A stretch of 64,000 nucleotides of DNA from Callorhinchus milii (taxonomy: Eukaryota). The stretch covers positions 44,890,001 through 44,954,000 of the forward strand of contig NW_024704742.1 in NCBI RefSeq assembly GCF_018977255.1. Reading direction: 5' to 3'. The notes under the pieces are model-generated. The model saw only the letters and a list, made by a program, of their open reading frames with translations. It was not told the DNA's origin and did not search any database. Shown piece by piece: positions 24,313 through 35,560 of the stretch; position 1 is the first letter of the stretch; each line of letters begins with the position of its first letter. Both the position numbers and the translations under genes were made by a program.

Positions 24313-26275
24313 AGGACCACTGCTGTCCTGATGGATTATCTGTCAGCCATTAAGTCCAGGACGAGAGCTAATTTTTCCCAGTTGAACGCAAGACCTAGGC
24401 CCTCCTGCTTGGTTCCTGTCAACGCCTATTCATCTCAGGTGCTGACAGCATCACTATTCATGATCGTCGATGACCAAAGGCATGGTCAAAGTGGAACATT
24501 TTGAGGCTGAAGGAGGCCATCTCACTGAGCCAGTATAGAAAATTGGTGTTCTTCGACCCTCAATTGTCTTTAAACCCCACATCCATGCAATGATCTATTC
24601 TGTTTTTCCCTACCTCTGCAATATTGGCCACCTCCGGTATTACTTTTCCCTCAGGCTGCCAAGACCTTTATCCATGCTATTATTACATCCAGGCTTGACT
24701 ATGCCAACTCCCTGCTCGCCACACTTCCCAACTCTTCCCTCCAGAAGTTGCAGATTATTCTGAATGCTGCAGCTCGCATCTTCTCACTCACTAAGCTTTG
24801 TGAACCAATCACCAAGCTTCACTTACTCCCCATCTCCAAGCGGATCAAGTTCAGATATTCGTCCTCATTTTTAAAGCCCTCCACAGTCTTGCTCCGTTCT
24901 ACCTGGCCCTTTTGGTGACATGTTTCCGTGTATATGCTCCCTCTTGGTGACATCATCCGGAGACATGGGGTCAAATTCCAATATACGGGGATGACATCCA
25001 ACTCTGTCTCTCTGCCTCCACCTTTGACCACCGATGTCCTGACAGACTGCCTGTCAGACATTGAGTCCTGGATGAGAGCCAACTTTCTACAGTTGAACAT
25101 CAGGAAAACCGAGGCTCTCCTGATTTGGGTGGGCCAGCACCTCCACACCTCAGGTACTGGTAGAATTAGCATCCAAGCCAGTCCAGAACCTTGGCATTTT
25201 GTTCGACCTTCAACTGTCCTTTCTCCCCCACATACATGACATCACCCACTCTGCCTTCCCCACCTCTGCAACATTGCCCAACTCCACCACTGTCTCACCC
25301 TTCAGGCCACCAACACCGTCATATATGCCTTCCTTACATCCAGGCTCAACTATGCCAATACCCTGCTTGTCGGCTTTTCCAAGTCTTCCTTCCACAAGCT
25401 TCGGATCATCCAGTACTCTGCAGCTTGTGTCCTCTCCCGCACCAGGCTCCATGACCCCATCACATCCACCCTTGTCTGGCTCCACTGGCTCCTCATCCCT
25501 CAGAGGATCGAGTTCAATATTCTCGTCCTCATCTTCAAAGTCCTCCATGTCCGTGCCCCCTCCTACCTTTCCGATCTGCTAACCCCTTATTAAGCTGTCC
25601 AATCCCTCTGCTCTGCAGGCTCCGGCCTGCTCCATGTTCCCCACCCAGACCGCCCCAACATCGGCGTTTGGGCGTTCAGCCTCTTTGCCCCCACCCTCTT
25701 GAACTCCATTCCCTTTGCCTCACTCCCTTGCTTCCTTCAAGGCACACCTCAAGACCCTCCACTTCAACCATGCCTTCAGCCACCTCCTACCCTCTTTGCC
25801 CTCCTCCCTCGCTGATCCCAATCCTCTCAGCCCCCACCCCACTCGGGTATCCAAATCCCTGACTGTTCAGCGCCTTGAGAAGTTCTCCCAATGTGAAGGA
25901 TGCTTTACAAATGTAATTTTGTATTGTGATCTACTAAAATGTTACCAACCTGTCTGCTCAGCAGGAACTGGCTTGTTCCATGTTCCCTGACCTGCCTGCT
26001 CCACCATTGATGGTTGTGTTTTCAGCCTTTCTGCCCCCATCTTCTGGAACTTCATCCCAGAGCCCCTCCGCCTCACCCACTCCCTTGCCTCCTTCAAGAC
26101 CTTTCACTGAACCTTTCTCTTTGACCGAGCCTTCGGTTGTCCTCCCATTTTCACACCCTGCCCTCCACCTTGTTTGACTCCAAACTCCAGCTCGTGTGTA
26201 AACCCTTCATAGTCCAGGGTCTTAGGACATCCGCCTGACATTGAAAGGTGCTACATAAATGTAATTTGTTGTTGT
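24313..26275 (+). mobile_element. Older L2 interrupted by a second L2
   Basis: Reading stops at ...ALHSLAPFYL (about 24905) and resumes at DLLKCYQP (about 25928), ending in a hairpin plus (TTG)n tail. Confidence 0.85.
24910..25927 (+). mobile_element. Nested L2, 5'-truncated
   Basis: MYMLPLGDIIRRHGVKFQY...DCLSDIESWMRANFLQLNIRKTEALL, with its own 3' tail at 25860-25927. Confidence 0.92.
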
Positions 26276-28091
26276 GGTTCTTTGAAAGAGCAATCCATTC
26301 AGTCCCATTGACCTGCCTTTTCCTCAAACCCCTGCAAACGTTTTCAGTTTAGATATTTATGTCATTCCCTCTTAAAAGCTAATATGGATCCTACCTCAAC
26401 CATTACACCCGACAGCATACTCTATATCCAACTAACTCTCTAATTCTGATAAGTCTGTTTTCTCTATGTATAAGTACTCTATGGTGGTTATTTTCAGAGA
26501 TAACAACTTTGACATTTGGATTAGTGTGATTTAGATTCATGTAATGAAACCTAAATTTTAAGGCTGGTTTAGCCAATGTGGGAACAGGTGGCTTACCTAC
26601 AATACAGAAAAATGATCCTGTGAATCAAGTGTGAATCTACTCTATTTGTTCCATCTGATTTTACGTTGGTCAGATGCAAAATCCAAACTATAGTGGTATC
26701 TCATTGATTATCAAGCCTTTTTGATTATCTCATTCATCTATGCAAACTCACAGTTAGTGCTGTTCCTGGTGATTTGTGGTTGTTATCCAGCTGCAAATTT
26801 GGCCCAATTAATGCTGGCATTATACAGTACTAAATATTGTTGCCAATACTGCACTAACTTGCAATGTGTCAGTGCCAAATACAATAAGCATTCCATTTAT
26901 ATAGGCCCATTCACATATGGTAACATCTTTGCTTTACAAATACGCGGTCAAAAGTTGAGCAAGTGAGAGGTGAGAGAGGAGGGAGGCGGTAACCAGTGCG
27001 GATAAAGAGGTAGGTCTTAAAACAGGACTCAAAGATAGAGAACGAGTGAGATAGATGTGTAGTGAGAGGAGTTTCAAGAGTTAGAGGAGTAGAATCAGAA
27101 GACTTGGCCACTGATGGTGGTGCGAATTGTCTGGCAACACCAATTTGCTGAGCAAAGGGGCAATAAAACTGGTCTTACTCAAAAGCCAATGGATGTGAAC
27201 CCCCCTCCAGAGGTTGTCTTGATTTGCCCCATCTTCAGTGTAACTGCAGCCATTGCAAACCTCACACATTACTTTAAAATAAAACAGGCAATTTCCTGCA
27301 CGACTGTTCTATTTTTTACTGATTGAAAAAAGCTAACTGTTCCATCAGCTCCTTTCAATCAGTAGAGAGCTCGCTGGCACTACAGGAGTTCAGTGAAATC
27401 TCCATGCATGCATTTGAGCATGTATGCACAGAATGCTCTCACTCTCTCCATCAATTGTGTGAGCAAACAGTATAACTGTCTGCTCCCCGCACACATCACT
27501 GCACAAATGGTACCAATTTTGACAGAATGAATGTTGATGTTGGCGAGTGGAGGGGGGAGTGGGTGGGGGGGAAGGAGAAGGAGGAGGATTTGAATTGGAA
27601 GTCTAAATGACTCTGAAGGCTCATCTACAATTCTCCCTGGCAGGTTTGGAAATCTGTCGGAAAATGCAGTAAGCGTCTCGGAGGTATGTTGCACTGTGAC
27701 AGAATTATTATTTTTATTTTTATTGGATTATAATTATCACTTCTGAAAAAGTTTAACAAAATCCAATAATATGTAACAAAACAGGAGGCCTGAAGTAACA
27801 ACTTGCCTTAGCCTTATAAAACTATTTGCCTTAAAAAAGTGTTGAATTGCATAACATTATTAAATTCAGTCTTGTTTGAAACCTCTTTATTTTTAAGATC
27901 CTCAGAAGAAAAGGTTCCAAATTAAGGCTGATTTGAAGAATTTTTCAGGATTGTAAGCCATCGTAATTTTTAAGATGAAATTATGGTTTAATAGGCTGGG
28001 ACCAGGAGGATTTAAAGAAAGAGAATGCTTGGATGTGCTTTGGAGATCTCACCAATGCATTTGTATTCATAGAATGTATTTAATTTAAACG

Positions 28092-28460
28092 AGATGGTGA
28101 TGCAATGGGTTGGAACATTGTCCTTTCACCTCCACCTCAAATTCAGCCAACATTGATGGGATGAAAGTATCCTTTGCTCATGGTTGTAAGTGTCCCAGGT
28201 GACATTAGTGTGGGCAAACTCAATTCGGTTCCTAGTGGGTACAGGTCTACTGCACAAAATTGCCTATAATTCACCACTAATTGGCACTAAATTGGCAATC
28301 TTTCAGAGAGACAGCAAGAATGGCTGTTGTGGTAAATGGTAATGATGCAGAGGCTGACTGCCGGTTCATTTTAGATGGAATTTTACACTGAGTTTAACTC
28401 ATTCTGTTCCTGATCTGAGAGAGTTTGGACATTACTCTGGTTTTGAAGCCAAAGAAAATG
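28092..28460 (+). mobile_element. LF-SINE-like element
   Basis: cctttcacctc, aaattcagcc, gttcctagtgg, cacaaaa, actaattggcactaaattggca, cagagag occur in the order of the LF-SINE consensus as I recall it. Confidence 0.75.
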
Positions 28461-28474
28461 TTCCTTTTACAATA

Positions 28475-28672
28475 CAATCCAATTTACATAGCACCTTTCA
28501 TGCTAGGAAGACATCTCACAGCGCTTGACAATGCTGGCTGGTCACCCAATCTGGGGGTGAGAGTAACACTGCATTGAAGTGTCAGCCGAGACAATGTGAG
28601 TTCAGAGTCCACACGTTGGGCTTGAACCGACAACCTTCTGACTGAGAGGCTACTGACTGAGTGAAGCTGTTG
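28475..28672 (-). mobile_element. Deu-SINE head joined to tail (internally deleted)
   Basis: Tail atttacatagcacctttca; head gggcttgaaccgacaaccttctgactgagagg. Confidence 0.7.
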
Positions 28673-28955
28673 CACAGTTCCTGAAGGTCATTTTCAGTAA
28701 GAGTTACTATGTACAAATTGGAATCACTAACTGCAAATCCAGGAAGCAAACAATACCATTCTCAATCACATTATCTTTCCTTATAAGCATCACAGTATGA
28801 TAACCCAGGTCTAACAATTAATCCTCATGAGCAGAAATATGGTACTAGATTAAGCAGTCTCCTGCTAGGCACCATTTTCACTTTTGGAACGTTGACAATA
28901 TTACAGTAGAATACAGATTTGCAAGCTGAAACCAATTACAATACTTTTTTTTCAG

Positions 28956-28991
28956 AATAGAAAAGCTAATACTGTGAAATACTATTCACAG
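28956..28991 (+). CDS. Candidate 36-nt phase-0 microexon (NRKANTVKYYSQ), host gene unknown
   Basis: Acceptor is a T-run followed by cag; donor CAG|gtaagt; length divisible by 3; only frame 0 is open; lies in non-repeat sequence. Confidence 0.3.
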
Positions 28992-29067
28992 GTAAGTAAA
29001 GATAGATAGAAGTCCTTGTAATTCTTACAGTCCTTGCAGATTCTGTAAATAAAATGACTATTCTTTT

Positions 29068-29516
29068 ATTAATAATAGTAATACTTGCATTTGATACAGT
29101 ACCTTATCATGTCATTGAGACATCTCAAAGCGCTTCACAAGGTTATATTGTAAAGTGGATTATTGTATTTTTGTGGGTGAAACATGGCAGTTGCACACAG
29201 CAGTGTCCCACGAACAGCTATGAAGTGAGTGATCAATTTTATTTGGTGGATTGTTGGCCAGGACACCGGGAGAAACTCACTTCTCTTTTCAAATAGTGCA
29301 TTGTGTTTTTTAACACCCACCTGAACAGACAGAGGGACCCTAAGATTGACATCTCATCCAAAGTACAGCACCTCTGACAATGTAATACATCCCCAGCACT
29401 GCATTGGAATAGCAGCGTAGACTATGTGATTCCAAGTCCTGACGTGGGGCTTGAACCCACAACTGTCTGACTCAGAGGTGAGAGTGCTACTCTTGCCTCT
29501 GAGCCAGACTGGCACA
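29068..29516 (-). mobile_element. Deu-domain SINE, near full length
   Basis: Tail, catctcatccaaagtacagcacctctgacaatg core, gggcttgaacccacaactgtctgactcagaggtgagagtgct head. Confidence 0.92.
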
Positions 29517-30551
29517 TGGTAATAATTAATAATAATCTTTTCATTTGTTATAGTGGCTGTCACATCAAAAGGACATCCCAAAGCACTTCAAAGGATATAC
29601 TGTAAAATAAAGTGATTGTGTGTTTGTGGACAAATATCCACAAGGCAGGTTCAATTAGTTCATTAGTTCAATTCACTTTGGTGCTCTTGTGGCTGCTTGG
29701 TTTCTATTTCCCAATGTTGCTATTTCTCAACAAATACTTGGCTATGCTAATGTACAAATTACTTTAGAGTCATCGTTAATGTAAGGTGACTGCCTTTGGA
29801 GGCGAAGATAAACATACGCTGAACACATTTCACCCAAACAATAGTTGCATAAGCGTAGGAACATTTCTCATGGACATGACATTGAACATCTTAAGTTCAT
29901 CAGACATTTATTGAGATAGATAAATAGATAGTAAACAGTTTACTGAAATTGTACCAGTTGTGTAATCTCAAGCCATGACATTATAATCAAAGTATTTTTA
30001 AAAATAGACACAAAAATCTTCATTTATAATATTCATGAACCATCCTTATTGTGTGTAAAGAAACATTTGCTCAGATGATTTGCCAGAAATAAGAGGAGTT
30101 TAATCAATAAGAAGCAGTTTGTGTACTCATCAAATACCAGCAGAGCTTTGCCATCTTATAAACCAACATGGTTGCTTAATAGACCCATAACAGGGTCAAA
30201 ACAGATATATTAACAAAGCAGATCCGAGTTGTTAACAGTCACTTCACATTTGTGAATATAGGGTTATGACACTGGCAAAATCCCAAATTGCAAACCCCAG
30301 TGAAAAAAGACTGACAACTCTAATTTCCGGTTATGAGTTTGCACTTGTTATCTGTAAATATTGCATTTCATATCCAAGGATCAGTTAATAGTTGTGAAGT
30401 GAAATTCGGCAGGGATTACATAGAGAAATTTCAAGGGATATGCCATGCATTTTGACCTGCATTATACTGTTTTAGCTGCTGCATTGCAAACATACCTTGT
30501 AATATGCTGAACTTGTGCATGTAACATGTATTGTTTTGTGTTACAATGCAA

Positions 30552-30905
30552 GTCGCAAGCGTGAGGACCTGGGTTTGATTCCCGACAGGGCGAAACGTTG
30601 AACAAGTTTCCTTACTCCACATGCCTGTTTATCTAGCAGTAAGTAGGAAGTCAGTTGTTGGTCAATTGGCAGATTGCTTTTCTAGAGGTAACAATTTCTT
30701 CAAAAAATAAATAATATAAAATTTGGTCACTTAATCGGTCACATGATTATTTGTGGGACACTGTGGTGCGCAATTGGCTGCTACATTTCATCCACAAAAC
30801 ATACAAAATAAAACAAAAAATTCACTTTACAATATATTCTGTGAAGCACTTTGAGACGTCTCGAAAATGTGAAAAGGTGCTATATCAAATGCAAGGAATA
30901 TTATT
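30552..30905 (+). mobile_element. tRNA-Ala-derived SINE, long form, 5'-truncated
   Basis: Starts in the anticodon arm; long-form segment; standard tail. Confidence 0.9.
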
Positions 30906-31514
30906 GAGCTGAAGACCGATGTGCATGTGAAATGCAACAGAGCACAGTTCAATGAAATCACTGACAGATAACAGCAACTACAGGATAAAGCATCAACTTA
31001 TACTATTATTGTCAATGAACTGTGACTATTTCAAACTGCATGTGCAGAATTAGAATATATGAGTACAGCAGCAATAACTTCAGCATTTATTTCATAAACG
31101 TATGAAGTCAAAAGCAGGTAATATACTATCAAGTTATATGCACAGTTATTGTAAGACTATATATAATAGAATGATGTACATGTTCAGTTGTGCGACAGAA
31201 GTCATATATAACTGTCATATGTTGCTAAGTATACCAGACAGAAAAGTAGGGTCATGTATCTGTATAAATAAATTAATTTTATGAAAAATAAATTGTCATA
31301 CATGCACTTCTCATAGTTGCACATAGTTAGCAATTCTGGAGAGCAAGTGAATTACTGAACTGGCCAATCACATGCCGTTTGAAACATAAATTGACTTTGA
31401 AATTTTGTTTGATATTCCACCTATTGTTCATTTACTGAGTAGTTCTATTTGGCACACTTGTTACTGTCCCCACTGAAATATTTTATAGCAGCTATTAAGA
31501 AAATAACTGCTATT

Positions 31515-31802
31515 ATAATAATAATTATAATCCTCTTCTAGATGTCTCAAAACGCTTCACAGAAGACTGTAAAGTGAATTGAATGTATATTTGTGGGCGA
31601 ATTGCGAAGGCCAACTACGCACAGCAGTGTCCCACAAACAGTCGTGGATTGAAATGACCAATTTATTATTGTTTTTTTTGAGGGATTATTATCCGGTGTG
31701 TGGAGTAGGGAAACTTGCCCAAGGTTTCACCCTGCTGGGAATCGAACCCAGGTCTCTCGCTTGGAAAGCGCGTGCTCTAACCACTGAGCTACAGGACTTC
31801 AC
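31515..31802 (-). mobile_element. tRNA-derived SINE, short form, small tail deletion
   Basis: gggaatcgaacccaggtctctcgcttggaaagcgcgtgctctaaccactgagctacaggac head. Confidence 0.92.
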
Positions 31803-31879
31803 ATTGTTGGAACCATTCTTACTGCATTGTTTTATTATGTTATTATTTTATATGAGCATATGTAGTTCATTTACTCTAC

Positions 31880-32438
31880 TTTGCCTCCATCCTCGATTCC
31901 AGGACCACTGCTGTCCTCACAGTTTGCCTGTCGGACATCAAGTCCTGGATGAGAGCTAACTTCCTGCAGTTGAATGTCAACAAAACCGAGGCTCTCCTGC
32001 TTGGCTCCAGTCAGCGCCTCCACACCTTGGGCCCTGACAACATCTCCTTCCATGGATGCACTCTACACCTCACAAAGCCATTACAGAACTTCGGCGTCCT
32101 GTTTGACCCTTAACTGTCCTTCATACCTCACGTCTGTGCCATGACTCGCTCTGTCTTCTCCCACCTCTGCAACATTGCTTGGCTCCGCCACTGTCTCACA
32201 CCCACACTCTGGAACTCCATCCCACAGTCCCTTTTCCTCGCTTCCTCCCTTGCCTCCTTCAAGTCTCAAGACATTCGTCTTCGATCATGCCTTCAGTCGT
32301 CCTCCCACCTCTTTGCCTTCCCTCACTCCCTCCCCCACCTCTCCACCATGCTCAAGTCCTGATCCCTGACTGTCCAGCACCTTGGGACGTCCTTCTGATG
32401 TGAAAGGCGTTCTATAAATGTAATTTTGTTGTTGTTGT
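31880..32438 (+). mobile_element. L2, internally deleted
   Basis: HLCNIAWLRHCLTP fused directly to TLWNSIPQSL; (TTG)n tail. Confidence 0.92.
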
Positions 32439-32505
32439 TTGTCCAAATTTAACACACACTTAAGAGGTTTAATGGGTTTTCTTGTAATCTAAATTTTCTA
32501 TATTA

Positions 32506-32990
32506 TCAGCTTGGCTCAGTTCATAGCACTGTTAATGCTGGGTCAGAAGTTACTGAGTTCAAGCCCTATATCATAATTGAACTCATGATCCACACTGATA
32601 CTTTAGTGTTGGACTTGGAAAGCCTCATGTTCTCAGAGGTGCCAATGTTGCAATACGATGTTAAACAATGTCTTGACTGCCTTTTAGAGTGGACAATAAA
32701 GATCATATGATACTATTAAAGCAAATCAAGTTTCTTGCAGTATCCTGTCTGCCCGATCAGATGGCTATCAAAGATCCTGTGCATTATTCTAAAAGAGAAG
32801 GGAGTTCCTTCTGGTAGCCAGGGCAACAATCATCCAGATAAATTGTTCATTAACCTCATAGCTTTGTGGGGAATGTTACAATAGGAAATATAGCTGCTGT
32901 GTTTGTCTCCAACACAATCATTATGTATGACAGTAATTATTGTGAAGCACTTGGAGACGTCTTTACATGACTATAAAAATGAAAGTTTAT
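32506..32990 (+). mobile_element. Old Deu-domain SINE
   Basis: tcagcttggctcagttcatagcact head; gatgttaaac core; gtgaagcacttggagacgtc tail. Confidence 0.75.
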
Positions 32991-34189
32991 TCTTTCTCAG
33001 TGCTAAAGTACTATTATGTTAATTTAAAATGAAAGTAACATGATCTCTCATGAACTGTGAATTTTACCACCCAGAATAGCATCTTTAAAATCAGTTACAG
33101 TTACTATTATATCAGCAAGTAATAATAATCCTTGCATTTGATATAGCTCCTTATCACATTATTGAGATGTCTCAAAATACATCAGAGGATATATTATAAA
33201 GCGAATTGATTATATATTTTTTGGGCGAAATGAAGTAGAAGTGCCATCTTTCTAATACACTCTTTGTAATATGTGTTGTTCGAACCAGAGAGGACACATA
33301 CTGTGAAGCTGGGTTGATGTAAGGAATACAACGGCTTAGCCAAGCATGTAAACAACAACAAATATTAACAGAGAATATAGCCAATCTCCCACATCTCGGA
33401 GATCCTGCAGAGTCACAGTTCTTAAATGTTGAAAGGAATCCATTATCTGCACTTACCAAAATCTCCCATAAAAGATTCTATTGAACAGTCGATTACGAAT
33501 ATATTCATATATTCGTAGGAGATTTGTATTATTTATCCAATAAAGCTTTAGCTTTTATCTGGGAAGTCTTGCTCAGTTTTGCAATGCAACCAACAGCATT
33601 GTTTGCTGATGCAGTATACAAATGCATACTTATAGAGGTTCTATTGCTAAAAAGACTGAGTAAACATCACATATGAGAATCCTGCTGGAGAATGCAACAT
33701 TGATTACTCTGTCTGTGGATGTCTTCCATACTTTCATGCATAAAATAACAGCAATGTTATTTGGAGAGGGCAAGTTTACACTACAGGAATCTATTTGCTG
33801 AGTTGGTCATTTCTAAACCAGTTGCTTACACAAAAAAAACATACAAAGTAATCAGAAAATGCCAGTTCATAATCTCAAATTAAGCACCTTCCCTGGGCCA
33901 GGGGCGCTCACCAAACTCTTGCGATGAGTGGACTGGTACCATGGAAAAAGGTCACTGTTGCCCTTAGCAGCCATATGGGTGGCTATTTTGATTGTTGGGG
34001 CAAGATCTCTGTGAGTAGAAATTTTAGACCTTGCCTTTCTGTGAGGTTCTGCTTGATTGTTCAAGTTTGAGTGATTCAGGTTGTTAAAATGAGCAAAGAG
34101 TCTGGATACAAAATCACTGAGCTCTTTTCCTTTGGAGTGATGATAAATCAGGCGTTTACTGTAATCATAATAATACTCATAATACTAAC

Positions 34190-34350
34190 AAACTCCCTTC
34201 TCTTTTTGAACAATGTCATAGGAATCTTTAACATCCACCTGAACAGGCAGACAGGACCTTAATTTAATGCTTCTTATTACCGATGACAACTGTGACCACT
34301 CAATGCTCCCTTAGACTTGTATCACTACACTCGTCTAGGAGACTGTGAGC
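34190..34350 (-). mobile_element. Deu-SINE fragment
   Basis: atctttaacatccacctgaacaggcagacagg. Confidence 0.7.
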
Positions 34351-34699
34351 TCAGGCCGATTGCAATATGTGAGGTGATAATTCTTACTGATAAAGGATTC
34401 CTATAGGTGGAAGATGTAGTCCTGAAAATGCAGTTAAAACCTATCCTTAAAACCTCTTCTGATTACCCTTAACAACATGTTTGGGAGGAGACACTTCTGG
34501 AGAATGGTTTCATCCAGCCCTGCCAAAGACTCACTTTTCGCCAACATAGACAGAGTGTTAGCTATAAGGTGTGATTGAGCAATATTTTTTGGAGGGTAGA
34601 GTAAAACTCAATTAAAGGGTTGGTCGGTACCTTTTAAGACTGGCGAACCATTGGCTTGACTGACAGGTCCATTGGCCAATCAGAAGTGAGGACGCCATG

Positions 34700-35050
34700 A
34701 CAAGTAGCATGCTGGACCAGAGGTATGTGGGCAACACTGATGAGTTAGGGGAAGGGAGGCTTCAGGTGTCGCAAGTTGGAGGTAAAGCAGCAGCTGCTGC
34801 TTACCTGTCTGCAAACCAATCAAGGTGTATTCCAGGCTCACGAACTCAGACTCTAGGTAATACCTTCCAGCAACTGTCCCCCAAGCCTCAACATTTCCTC
34901 ATTAGCTATCTGACAAACATCTGACTTCAGCATGTTGGAAGGACCTTTATAAGACAGCTTGTGACGTGCCAGTAACCTTGATGTTCTTGAGTTCCAGGTA
35001 CAGATAAGAATCAACAATGAGGACTGATATCCCTTCATCTCATACCCTCA
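34700..35050 (-). mobile_element. Fragment of a decayed I-group-like LINE
   Basis: Shares LELKNIKVTGTS with the 50.7 kb copy; SLEY motif downstream. Confidence 0.6.
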
Positions 35051-35294
35051 ATGTTTTCTCTTGAGGAATGCAGAACAATGGTGGCCCAGTATTCAAGATG
35101 GCGGGTAAAATACACATGGTCCCTAGGTGAGTCTGCCAGCAACATAATATCATCCACAAACAGAAACACCTCTAATCTATCTCTCTAACTACTAAGTTTA
35201 TGATTTCTCTTTATTTCATTGGAATACTCTTCCCTCGGCAGCAGTTGATGTACAGTACAATGCTCAAGTGTACATGAGCTTTTTCATTAATTTG

Positions 35295-35560
35295 CCCCCA
35301 CCCAGGTATCAATAGGCTAGTAAACTGTGAGGCAGCTCAGCACAATCCTGTCCTCGCCTGGCAACAACACATGTGCACCTTGCAGCAGGGATCTCTAAGT
35401 AGTAATAAGGAGTTCAATTGATATTTCCCTTCCTCACCAGGAGCATTAAGGCCAATTGTAGAGCTTCAGCAGCAGCTGATATAAATTAACTCAGCACTGA
35501 TGGAAGATCTAATCTGGGATCTTCCACTCTGTGCAGTTTAGTTACTCACTGAACAAAATC
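35295..35560 (-). mobile_element. Ancient SINE-like repeat
   Basis: caatcctgtcctcgcctg, tgcagcaggg, ggccaattgtag, ttaactcagcac motifs shared with the 600, 46180 and 53060 copies. Confidence 0.6.

Noticed and set aside
27644..27683. 40-nt plus-strand exon (ggcag|...GAG|gtatgt); similar weak candidates at 19802, 39533, 44532 and 54160
   Set aside because: Weak or missing splice site, frame-shifting lengths or no homology; expected by chance in 64 kb.
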